NCBI GenBank assembly: GCA_937892405.1
Contig: CALAFS010000242.1
Span: 1 to 44,928, forward strand
Source: an uncultured Clostridia bacterium
GTDB lineage: Bacteria; Bacillota; Clostridia; Oscillospirales; CAG-272
Direction of reading: 5' to 3'
DNA: 44,928 nucleotides
Numbering within the stretch: position 1 is the first letter of the stretch; every line of letters begins with the position of its first letter. Below, one piece after another: positions 17,501-25,382 of this stretch. The notes under the pieces are model-generated. The model saw nothing but the letters and a program-made list of their open reading frames with translations. It did not search any database and was not told where the DNA came from. The translations under genes were made by a program, and so were the position numbers.

Positions 17501-20500
17501 TCGACGACATTCCCCAACCGGTTCAACTCTTCCGCAGAAAGCGTGGTATCCTTCGCCATGCGGGAAAGAAACTGTTTCGTTTCTGCCGAATACGCATCCC
17601 CGATGTTCTTTCTCGTATAGAAGTCCCGCAGGGTCGTCATGGCATCTTTCCTCGATAAACCTTCCAGGGAAAGTCCTGTCTTGTTGTAGAGAGAAATCAC
17701 CTCGTTCAGACTGCTCTCTTCCGCTTCGGTCATGATACGGGCATCTTCGGCAAGCGACGAGAGCATGCCGGCGATCTCACTGTTATATCTTCCGCTGCCT
17801 TCCAGCATGTTCTTTGTTCCCTCGGAAGAATACCAAAGGTAAAGATCCCGCATGACCTTGCGTACCGCACCGTCGCGAATGTTGCCGTTTGCCGCAATGG
17901 AAGAGAGTTTTCCAACGGTCTGCATAAGGATTTTCGGACGATACTGCGTGGCGTTCTGAAAGACACCGCTCTTCCAGTCTTTGATCCCCTGTACCTTTTT
18001 GAGCACACGGTTTTCGAGAGGAGGAATCCGACGCTCATCTCTTAACTCCTGCTTGAGCGTGCGGACTTTTTCGGCGTTCTCCTGTTTGAGCGAATGGATA
18101 GTATCCTCGTTCTTCTGCTTGAGCGTGCGGACTTTTTCGCTATACTCTTCGACAAGCTTTCCGTACTTTGTTTTCTTCCCCTCGAGTTCACGGATCGACA
18201 GAATTTTTTTCACGATCTCGTCACGCAGGGCAGCGATTTCCGCTTCCGATCCGAAAGCTTTGAGCTTTTCGGAATAGACTCTGTCACGCAGGATTTCCTT
18301 CGAGCGCTGATACAAATCAAGAATATTGAAAAAGCACTCGGCTTCCGAATCCGCCACCTCGATCTGAAGTCCCGATTCCTTTAATTCTATGGCAACCACA
18401 TCGGCGGTAAATCCACCTTCTTTTTTGCCCCAAGTCAGGAAAACTCCGTTTGCCTTGTCATCGTATGTGTACTTGATCTCGCCCTTCAGTGCTTTCAAAT
18501 TCATGTTGTGCATGAATCCACGAAGCACTGTCAGAGCCGCCTCAGCGTGTTCGATATCGTTGTCGGTATATCTCGCGTCGTTGTAGATTTCTTCCACCAT
18601 CGTATTCTCGATGATATAATCGGCAATATCGGTCGCAGACTTTTGGAGATCCGCCTCGCTTGCGCTCTTGTTGAACTTCTGCCACAGGTAATTGACAACG
18701 GCACTCTTTGTTTTTCCTTTGAGTTTTCCTTTCAGAGAGGAGTGCTCATCGTTAAACTGCATAACCTCGTCCACCATGCTGTTGACCGAGGCTTCAAGCT
18801 CTGTCTTGCTGTAATACTTTTCCCGGCTGATGTCCGTTGCCTGACGAACATGTGTGGGATCGTCCGCGTAGGACATGTAATTTCTCGTAACATGAAGCGA
18901 GCCGTCCTCCCCCTCCGAGAAGGTGAACTCGCCATCCTCGGGGAGAGCGAAACGGATCGAGTCGGAAAGAGTCCCGACAGAACGCTTGATTCCGAGTTTT
19001 TGCAATACATCTTGAGAAAAAATTTCATTTGCAAGCGGAAGAGTCTTGACTTTTTCGAGAAAATCGGATATACTAATAGCAGGAGACTCTGAGGAGATGA
19101 GAGAGCTTTGCTCTGTAACAGCCGTGCCGCCAAGAGCGGGTGTAGGAGTCTCTGTTTTTTTGCTTTTCACTGCTCCGAGTCGGTAGACATCAATCTCGGT
19201 TACATCATTTTCGATTCTCGAGACCACGGAACGCACTACATAGAGATTCTCCCCGTCACGGCAAGCACCGAGTAGCACATAGGACATCTCTGTTTTTCGT
19301 GTCGTGCTGCCGTTAAGCTCGTTTACTGCAATGCTACTTTTTAGTACATCACCGATTCTTGTGACTGCAAGCGCAGTTTCTTTACTTCTTGCGATACCGT
19401 GTTGCATCCCCTCCCTACTCAACAAAACATCTCGTCCGATATCATCAACATAAACATATACATTTGTGTCGGTGTTATGCGGATTTTTTTGACTTCTCGC
19501 GTTCATCCTGCCGAGAGCTACAATCGCCTTGCGGTCTATCTTACCGTCTTCGGTTGTCGGCACTGTCTTCGGAAGGGCTGTTACCTTCATGTCCTTTTTC
19601 GCGATCAGTGCATCGTAAGTGTAGCGTGAGGCGTTTTCGCTGTTCTCGGAAAGCGCAAAACGAATGTCGGGGTTTACTGTCGGGGTTTTGTTGCTTGTGC
19701 TTTTGAACTGTTCCGAAGTAAACGCAACATAAACCGTGGAATTTTCATATTTATTGTCGACAATGTATCCGTCGTATCCGAGAACCCGTTTTGTTGTGAG
19801 CAACACAGTCTCGGCTCCTGCACCGGAATTCGCGATATTTGCAAGGATTTCCGAATCACTGTCGCAATAATCCATACACGAATTTACAGTATCGGTAAGT
19901 GCACGATTATACCAAGCCTTTGACGGATACCCCATACCGCCCTCGGAATCAAAATTGGCAATCACATCATCGCCCGTAGGATCAATAGCTTGTACCAATT
20001 TCTTTACTTCAGCGCGAGTAAGAGTCACTTTACTGTCAGACAAAGGCTTCTTGATACTCAAATATCCGTCAAGCAGTTGCCCGCCTTCTTTTGAATATCC
20101 TTCCGCCATTTCCTTATTCTGCGTGAAATAAAACCCCTGTCCCTCCGCCGATCCGTTGGTACTCATAAACCGATACGAAAACTCCGTGAATATAGCCGGA
20201 GAGCCATGATATACACGCAACAAATTCCCGTTAGCGTCTACAACCTTTGTACCGTCAAAGTATTTCCTCTGCCCGTCAGAAAGCTTTTTCCCTTCACTGT
20301 CGGTGTCAGGAAGTGCCATGCGAGCATCTTTCGTTGTTTTGGGAGCACTTTCCGAATTTTTTTCGTCAAAGGGGTTGACTTTTTCGGAATTCTCGGATAT
20401 CCTATTAGCGGAAGATTCCGCGCGATCATAGGTCGGCACTGCTTTTTCAAGCGATTTCAGCCGAAGTATAAAGTGTGCGGGATCTTCTTCATTTTTGTTA

Positions 20501-23500
20501 AAAGCAATTTTTGCCGCATCTGTGCCAGTATTTTTTGCAGATGGGTTGACATCCGAGGCTTTTTCGGATATAATATCAGTAGTGGAGTTTCTGCCGTTCG
20601 TTTCGGGCGTTCCTGCAAAGGCATTTGCATTTGCTGACGGTGTATGACCTCCACTCTTTTCATTTATAATCCATGCACTCTTTAATGTAAGAGTGCCTTT
20701 TTTAGTAGAGGTAATAGCAATTGCGATGTTTTTTCCGTCAAGAGTCTTCTCAAAGCGTAGTGCAGTACCAGTCGAATCGCTTACAAGTTTGACATCAGCG
20801 GGAGAAATAACCGTCTCAAGTATATTTTTGATATTGACATCATTAACGGCTTTTTGCCCTCTCGGCGTTTCTATCGTCTCGTTACCATGTGAATTATATA
20901 TGTGATAGATGAAATTACTCGCCAGCACAAAATCATAGTTTTTGATATCTATGCCCGTACTCGCTTTTACAAGATCCGCGGTTTTGTCACTGATAATACC
21001 GATATGTAAGCGGGAAAAGGATGTTTTTTTCCTTGAGTTTTCTATAAACTCTACGATTTCCTCATAATTGCGTGAAACATGATCCTTTCCGCTACTTTCA
21101 ATGTGTCTCACCCGTGTAGCATCATATTCTCCAAGTTCTTTCAATGCATTCGATAGTGCAAACCTTGCCCCGCTGCCGTAGGTAGCGTTCTGCTCGGAGA
21201 GTGTGTCGAAGAGCTTCTTGAATTGTTTCAAGTACCGTTTCGCTTCGGCACTCATCTTTTCGTCAAACGAATAATCCCGTGCTGCTCTTCGGAAGAAGGA
21301 CAGCACTCTTTCTTTTGTTGTCGGCTTTTCGGAAAGAATGTAGTCCCATATCTTCGGGTCGGAGGCGATCTCTTCGGCATAGGCAGACGCAACCTCGTCC
21401 TCCAACGCGTTTTTCTTTTCTTTGGCAGGGAGCTGATCGTAAACGCCAGAGTCCTCATACTGCTTAATCACTTTTCTCCGCTTCTCCGGATCTATGTTTT
21501 CCATAGCCTCGGCAATCAGCCGATTTCCGTTTTTCTGTCGGACGAGGATATGATCGAGTTCATGTATGAGCAACTTTCCACGCAAGCGTGTCTCCGATGA
21601 CCGAGGATTCAGATATATGACATTTCCGAGATTCATGCCGTCGCCGGGAAGATAGGGATGAAACATGACAATCAACCCCGAATGTGCCGCAAATCTCGCG
21701 GTCAGTGTTACGCTTTCTTCCGAGAGATTCGCCTCCATTGCCTGCCGGATTGTCATTCTTACCGCCTGCCTGTCGGGTGCATTCAGCTTTGTATACTCCG
21801 GAACATTCTTTTTCGCGAAGTCCTCAATGCGCTCTCTCATCTCGACGCTCGGCGTCTTTTTATCTCCGGCAACCTCAAGTCCGGCTTCTTCTCTCCAAGC
21901 GGTCAGGACTTTCTGCGCCTCCGAATATTTCATCGGGCGGGAAAGTCCTTTTTCGTTGTAATCGTAAAAGCGGTATTCTTTTCCCATCTGAAGAATTCCG
22001 AGATCCGTGTCCCCGATTCTGTACCGTCTGACGCCGTCCTGTGCGCGGTGTACCGACTTCGGAAGCGTGTGGCGGATATTTGCCTCCCCTACCGCAGAAA
22101 ATGCCTGTGTAGCGTTTTCTGCCGCCTTGTAGTAGTCCTCCCCCACGCTCTCACGGTATTTTCTTACCCGCTCGCGAAGAACATCGGAGGTTTCGGAAAG
22201 AAGATCCTGCACGCCGAGCGCCTCGGTAACTCTCTTCAACTGGTGCGGTTTTGCATTTTCAATATAGGTATTGAGCTGTTCCTGCGAAAACGCGGCATCT
22301 TCTCCTGCGAGAAGCGCATCGGTATACGCCTCCGTGTTCATAGTAAGGCGTTCGGTCGCTCGAAGAACGGTAAGTGTTCGGAGCTTCTGATTGGTTTTCA
22401 GCGCTTTGACAATGCTCTTTCTGTATGCCTGCGGCGAGGACATATCAACGCCGTCGAGAAGTTCTTCCGCAGTGATATGTATCTTCTCTCCCGAAGTGCT
22501 GTCGGAATAAAAGCGATTGATCGCATCGGCGACCCCCTCGGGATTGCTTAAAATATTCGTCGCTTCCTTCCAAAAATACGGCTGAAACGCAGCGACCGTA
22601 TTCGCGCGATCGAGATAACCGAGAAGCATCTTTTGCTTGACGGTCAGTGTGTCGGAGGGATGTGTCTCTACCGACGCTTTGAATTCGCGCAGAGCGCTGT
22701 CTACCGCGCGGAAAGCGTCAGATTCCGTCTTTACACTTGTCTCGGTGTTCGCAATCTGCTCGGAACGGGTGAGAATACGCTGTGTTTCCCCTCTGTTTTC
22801 GATGTTTGCACCGTGCACCACATTGGTTGCGGCATTGACTCCGCCGGCAACCCCCGACATAATCATGCCCGAAAGACCGCCGACAAGGGCGGAATAAGCA
22901 ATCTCCTGAAGAGAGGCATTTTCCGCGTTCGGATCATAGGTTGCGCGCTTGATATACGGTTCAAAAATAGCCGAGATAATTTCCTCTCCCGCTTCTCCCG
23001 CAAAACCCTTTGCCATTGTCTTGAAGATCCCCTCGTGGGCGATCGTTTTTACCGTATCCTTTCCGAAAATCCCTCTCGCCGCTTTTTTCGCGGCGCCGAA
23101 TCCGAGTCCGAAGACGGTATCGCTGAAGGTCTCTACTGTGCCTTCGAGAGCACCCGCCCCCGTTCCGTATGCCCATTCCTCCGCGCCGAGTTTCCCCGTC
23201 TCTCGGTAAGCGTCTTTCACCGAATTTCCTGCCGCGGAAAGTCCCGAGGTAAGAAAGGTGGTCGTTCCTGCAAGCGCCGCCTGCGCGACGGTACTCATGC
23301 CTCCCGTGGCAATTCCCACACCGACGCTTGCGGCAAGCCCGGGGACACTGTTTCCGATTCCCGCGGCTACATCTCCCGCAAGTTTCCACCCGTCATCGGG
23401 TACAAACCACGAGTCCGCGTGCGAATAATCGAACCAGTCATTCGTCATCAAAGATTCGGCGTATTTATGATTGCCTGTAAGTTCCGCAATACCGCCGACG

Positions 23501-23661
23501 GTATAATCAACCAGTCCTTCGAGCGCACCGGCAAAGCCAAGCCCCGCTTTTTCAAGCAGATAGCTGAGACCTGCCCAAACGCCGCCCTTATTCTGCTCGT
23601 CGATCGGCTTTGCAAGGCTCGTCGTGGCACCGTTTCCGATTCCTTTTACCGTTCCTGTCAT
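14521..23661 (-). CDS. Giant (3046 aa) virion-module polyvalent protein
   Basis: This single uninterrupted ORF is translationally coupled to the upstream gene (ATGA overlap). Recognisable parts are: a Gly/Ala-rich hydrophobic N-terminus; HELDH at 21550-21564; paired-His HIYNSHGN at 20881-20904; the ART-like motifs RVYHGS...GQGFYFT...GYDGYIVDNKYENSTVYVAF; coiled coils; and C-terminal TM helices at about 15640-15815. Confidence 0.8.
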   Translation of the reverse strand: MTGTVKGIGNGATTSLAKPIDEQNKGGVWAGLSYLLEKAGLGFAGALEGLVDYTVGGIAELTGNHKYAESLMTNDWFDYSHADSWFVPDDGWKLAGDVAAGIGNSVPGLAASVGVGIATGGMSTVAQAALAGTTTFLTSGLSAAGNSVKDAYRETGKLGAEEWAYGTGAGALEGTVETFSDTVFGLGFGAAKKAARGIFGKDTVKTIAHEGIFKTMAKGFAGEAGEEIISAIFEPYIKRATYDPNAENASLQEIAYSALVGGLSGMIMSGVAGGVNAATNVVHGANIENRGETQRILTRSEQIANTETSVKTESDAFRAVDSALREFKASVETHPSDTLTVKQKMLLGYLDRANTVAAFQPYFWKEATNILSNPEGVADAINRFYSDSTSGEKIHITAEELLDGVDMSSPQAYRKSIVKALKTNQKLRTLTVLRATERLTMNTEAYTDALLAGEDAAFSQEQLNTYIENAKPHQLKRVTEALGVQDLLSETSDVLRERVRKYRESVGEDYYKAAENATQAFSAVGEANIRHTLPKSVHRAQDGVRRYRIGDTDLGILQMGKEYRFYDYNEKGLSRPMKYSEAQKVLTAWREEAGLEVAGDKKTPSVEMRERIEDFAKKNVPEYTKLNAPDRQAVRMTIRQAMEANLSEESVTLTARFAAHSGLIVMFHPYLPGDGMNLGNVIYLNPRSSETRLRGKLLIHELDHILVRQKNGNRLIAEAMENIDPEKRRKVIKQYEDSGVYDQLPAKEKKNALEDEVASAYAEEIASDPKIWDYILSEKPTTKERVLSFFRRAARDYSFDEKMSAEAKRYLKQFKKLFDTLSEQNATYGSGARFALSNALKELGEYDATRVRHIESSGKDHVSRNYEEIVEFIENSRKKTSFSRLHIGIISDKTADLVKASTGIDIKNYDFVLASNFIYHIYNSHGNETIETPRGQKAVNDVNIKNILETVISPADVKLVSDSTGTALRFEKTLDGKNIAIAITSTKKGTLTLKSAWIINEKSGGHTPSANANAFAGTPETNGRNSTTDIISEKASDVNPSAKNTGTDAAKIAFNKNEEDPAHFILRLKSLEKAVPTYDRAESSANRISENSEKVNPFDEKNSESAPKTTKDARMALPDTDSEGKKLSDGQRKYFDGTKVVDANGNLLRVYHGSPAIFTEFSYRFMSTNGSAEGQGFYFTQNKEMAEGYSKEGGQLLDGYLSIKKPLSDSKVTLTRAEVKKLVQAIDPTGDDVIANFDSEGGMGYPSKAWYNRALTDTVNSCMDYCDSDSEILANIANSGAGAETVLLTTKRVLGYDGYIVDNKYENSTVYVAFTSEQFKSTSNKTPTVNPDIRFALSENSENASRYTYDALIAKKDMKVTALPKTVPTTEDGKIDRKAIVALGRMNARSQKNPHNTDTNVYVYVDDIGRDVLLSREGMQHGIARSKETALAVTRIGDVLKSSIAVNELNGSTTRKTEMSYVLLGACRDGENLYVVRSVVSRIENDVTEIDVYRLGAVKSKKTETPTPALGGTAVTEQSSLISSESPAISISDFLEKVKTLPLANEIFSQDVLQKLGIKRSVGTLSDSIRFALPEDGEFTFSEGEDGSLHVTRNYMSYADDPTHVRQATDISREKYYSKTELEASVNSMVDEVMQFNDEHSSLKGKLKGKTKSAVVNYLWQKFNKSASEADLQKSATDIADYIIENTMVEEIYNDARYTDNDIEHAEAALTVLRGFMHNMNLKALKGEIKYTYDDKANGVFLTWGKKEGGFTADVVAIELKESGLQIEVADSEAECFFNILDLYQRSKEILRDRVYSEKLKAFGSEAEIAALRDEIVKKILSIRELEGKKTKYGKLVEEYSEKVRTLKQKNEDTIHSLKQENAEKVRTLKQELRDERRIPPLENRVLKKVQGIKDWKSGVFQNATQYRPKILMQTVGKLSSIAANGNIRDGAVRKVMRDLYLWYSSEGTKNMLEGSGRYNSEIAGMLSSLAEDARIMTEAEESSLNEVISLYNKTGLSLEGLSRKDAMTTLRDFYTRKNIGDAYSAETKQFLSRMAKDTTLSAEELNRLGNVVDYFKHFVENFNRVFRDGKWQDVAPLAESMIHIAEKAKTANYGISYRAMRSKLLSSYRENFSEPMTVAKFADGYDQNGFFTTSIMAFREAEEKRSFIEHDLRQRLEDFYKKKENRKWLKRAQKETVIYNNETLTKREAAQLYMTFHRDIATAGLLLSGFEIRRDAETLTVRPIAESNLTAEQAETLTKKCIAELKSQFSASDLEFISIAEEIYKDCRELKRATDMLRNGYSNVTEGYYVPVVRIGAAKSFDSDFFGEGVSVNRQSFNKSTVKGAKAKLVISPIDEVLSRHIEGISRYAAFGSVLDTIDMIWNYDISGNPNNPTSMRTTAEKSWRGGEKYLTKLKQDCKGIGRDGKLPIVQKLIGKYATAVLALNPKVLASQLSSLLASTSILDVTSLIRGATISSKDVDVYCKLAQVRNYDKTAYRAQAVTDKIGSIGEVLMEPIGKVDRFVVKKLFGACQVQIQKEGGAKIGTVENKQAAGKLLERVILETQQNAYATERSEAMRSGNDFLRLTTLFSADSMKVFDRILDSWGEWRVLTAKLKAESDPRVRAELQAGIKKASKSFKKATFALASSAVYMALIAEFFRWFFGQKDEDENLASNLILGTIGNLFGGLPLIKDVMSFMMDGYEMSAPTYDMINNAMNATKAAAVVMPKIIDGTAEKQEAAKATRDFLYAASQMLGVPLKNAYKLVYGVTSKVSARAGYVLDDLFYQQNYRKDLVKAIENEDDDMTDLLLSMISRDSVGVDAGTELKNTTGTLLKTWNRETTEDGEENPGNSTSKTMKSLLKAGQNPLPKSIGNKISYDGDEYELSGENKALFRKIYGQSADVLERLVTKPAFLTLNAAEQTKAIRYVYDTYYQQATETVLDTEKDIRTVAAKMTDVGTLALVNAKISSFEADKNKNGTVVSGTKKKKVLRYIASLGLPVGEALFLLYLNGYSVKDGELRGMSETAAKKKLLRYIQSSTELSAEERVIAAEACGFTVKGGKVLVSAS

Positions 23662-25382
23662 TGTAACATATCCTTCTTTGTACGATTTGTGTTACCCGAT
23701 GGAGCAAGAGCGGAAGATGTTTTTGCTTCCGAAGTTCCCGTTCCACTCCGCTCACTTGCTTTCAAAAATGTCGCAATAGCGTCATCGACTTTATCGCGTC
23801 GAGAAACAAGTTGACTCCAGCCATAAGTGGTGAATAGATACATTTTTCCCTGATAGACAACGAGTTTTCCGCCTTTTTTTTCGCTATCGACATATTTGTT
23901 GCCGAAGATACTTTCATGCGTAACAGACGGAGATTTGTTTGGGCTTCCGGTAGCCAATTCATTCAGTTTGGCGAACAAAGCTTTATCACTATTTTCTGTA
24001 ACCGGCTTTCCACAATCCAACTCAAATTTTGTCCCGCTGCCATCGTCTTTTTTTGCACCGATCACTACACCGATGCTATCTCCGGGAATACCGGTTCCGA
24101 GTCCTGTGATACACCATCCTCCTTCACATTTTGCGGAAGTATAGGATTGCATTTCCTCGTTGTATTTCTTTTCATCGATTTTTCCAGCCGCATACTGCTT
24201 TTGAATATCGGATATGCTGTCGGTAATTTTTTCTTCGTTTGTCTTCGGGTAAGTCGTCTGATAATAATTTGTCAGCCATTCGGCATCCGATTCCGTCAGG
24301 CTGCCGTTTTTCAAAGCACGATCAATCTCGGTGATATCATAGTCTTTTCCGAGCGCATCAATGGCAATTTTATATTCCTGCCGGTTTGCGTCGGATTCGC
24401 TCATCTGATACTTCTTCGCCGCCGAAGCAAGATTCTCCGTCTGTTCTGCGCTCAAACCGTTATCGGAGGCAAGCTGGCGCGCTTCTTCCTCGTTGATACT
24501 TCCGCTCTTCACCATGCCGAGGATCGTTGTATACATGGAATTTGCTTCTTTTCTTTTGGTTTCCTGCTTTTCCTCGTAAGCCGTCATCTCTTCCCGATAC
24601 TTGTCGTGAGCGGTATCCTGTTCCGTAATAAGTTTATCCTTCGCCGCCGCGACAGCATCCGCATAGGTATTCCCTGCGGCATCCTTTCGCGTTTCCGACA
24701 ACACATTCGCACCCTGAATGTCAGAACGCTTCTGTGCGTACGCTTTGGAATCAAGATATTCCGCATATCCGCTGCCCGAGAGTCCCATGCGACGAAGTGC
24801 CTCCGCATTTGCTCCGTAGGTAGACTTTTCCGTCTGATAGGAAGAATCGGCATCACGCACCGATCTCTGTCTCTCCGTCTCGGCATTTTCAATTGTCTGA
24901 TCGCGGTTCCTTTCCGCGACATCCACTGTATTGTTATATCTGTCGGTTGCGGCATTCAATTTCCGTTGCAACGCCTCGCTGTAAGACGGAACGGAAGCGT
25001 CGTCGTTACCTGTAACGGGCACCGTTTCATACGGCATACGGTCAGACGCGGGTGTCTGCTCTTCCTGTGCAGGTGTCTGCGCCGACTGTGCAGGTGCTTC
25101 ACCGGGCGTGGTCGAGTCCCGGAGGTTTTGAGAGTTTAAGCGACTCTGAAGGAATTTCTGATACGCTCCCCCGGTGACCCCACCGGTACCGCGATTGATC
25201 TCCTCCACCAGTTTATCGTTTGCGCTCGGCTCGGGAATTCTGTTCTTCAGAAAGTCGCCATAGGTCATAAGTCCCGGCTTGCTGCTTGCGGAAATCCGGT
25301 TATTGATAAGCGCCGTGTCTCCGCTCGCTTTTTGCGAAAGGCTCTCCGCAAGTTCTTTGTAATTTTTCGGTCTCATGTTCAC
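23658..25382 (-). CDS. Virion-associated (internal/minor head) protein of unknown function
   Basis: The 574-aa ORF is translationally coupled between the portal gene and the giant gene. Its centre is Gln/Glu/Ala-rich and coiled-coil, and its C-terminal domain is Cys-containing. Confidence 0.6.
   Translation of the reverse strand: MNMRPKNYKELAESLSQKASGDTALINNRISASSKPGLMTYGDFLKNRIPEPSANDKLVEEINRGTGGVTGGAYQKFLQSRLNSQNLRDSTTPGEAPAQSAQTPAQEEQTPASDRMPYETVPVTGNDDASVPSYSEALQRKLNAATDRYNNTVDVAERNRDQTIENAETERQRSVRDADSSYQTEKSTYGANAEALRRMGLSGSGYAEYLDSKAYAQKRSDIQGANVLSETRKDAAGNTYADAVAAAKDKLITEQDTAHDKYREEMTAYEEKQETKRKEANSMYTTILGMVKSGSINEEEARQLASDNGLSAEQTENLASAAKKYQMSESDANRQEYKIAIDALGKDYDITEIDRALKNGSLTESDAEWLTNYYQTTYPKTNEEKITDSISDIQKQYAAGKIDEKKYNEEMQSYTSAKCEGGWCITGLGTGIPGDSIGVVIGAKKDDGSGTKFELDCGKPVTENSDKALFAKLNELATGSPNKSPSVTHESIFGNKYVDSEKKGGKLVVYQGKMYLFTTYGWSQLVSRRDKVDDAIATFLKASERSGTGTSEAKTSSALAPSGNTNRTKKDMLQ

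Noticed and set aside
18049-18139. A 25-nt exact direct repeat (18049-18073 and 18115-18139) inside the giant gene.
   Set aside because: It encodes a duplicated coiled-coil heptad segment (EKVRTLKQ twice, 22 aa apart). This is most simply an in-frame duplication rather than a regulatory or recombination site.
19441-19470. A YVDD motif (NVYVYVDDIGRD) in the giant protein, considered as a possible reverse-transcriptase active site.
   Set aside because: It is an isolated tetrapeptide without the surrounding RT motifs 1-7. It lies in a module resembling polyvalent-protein-associated domains.
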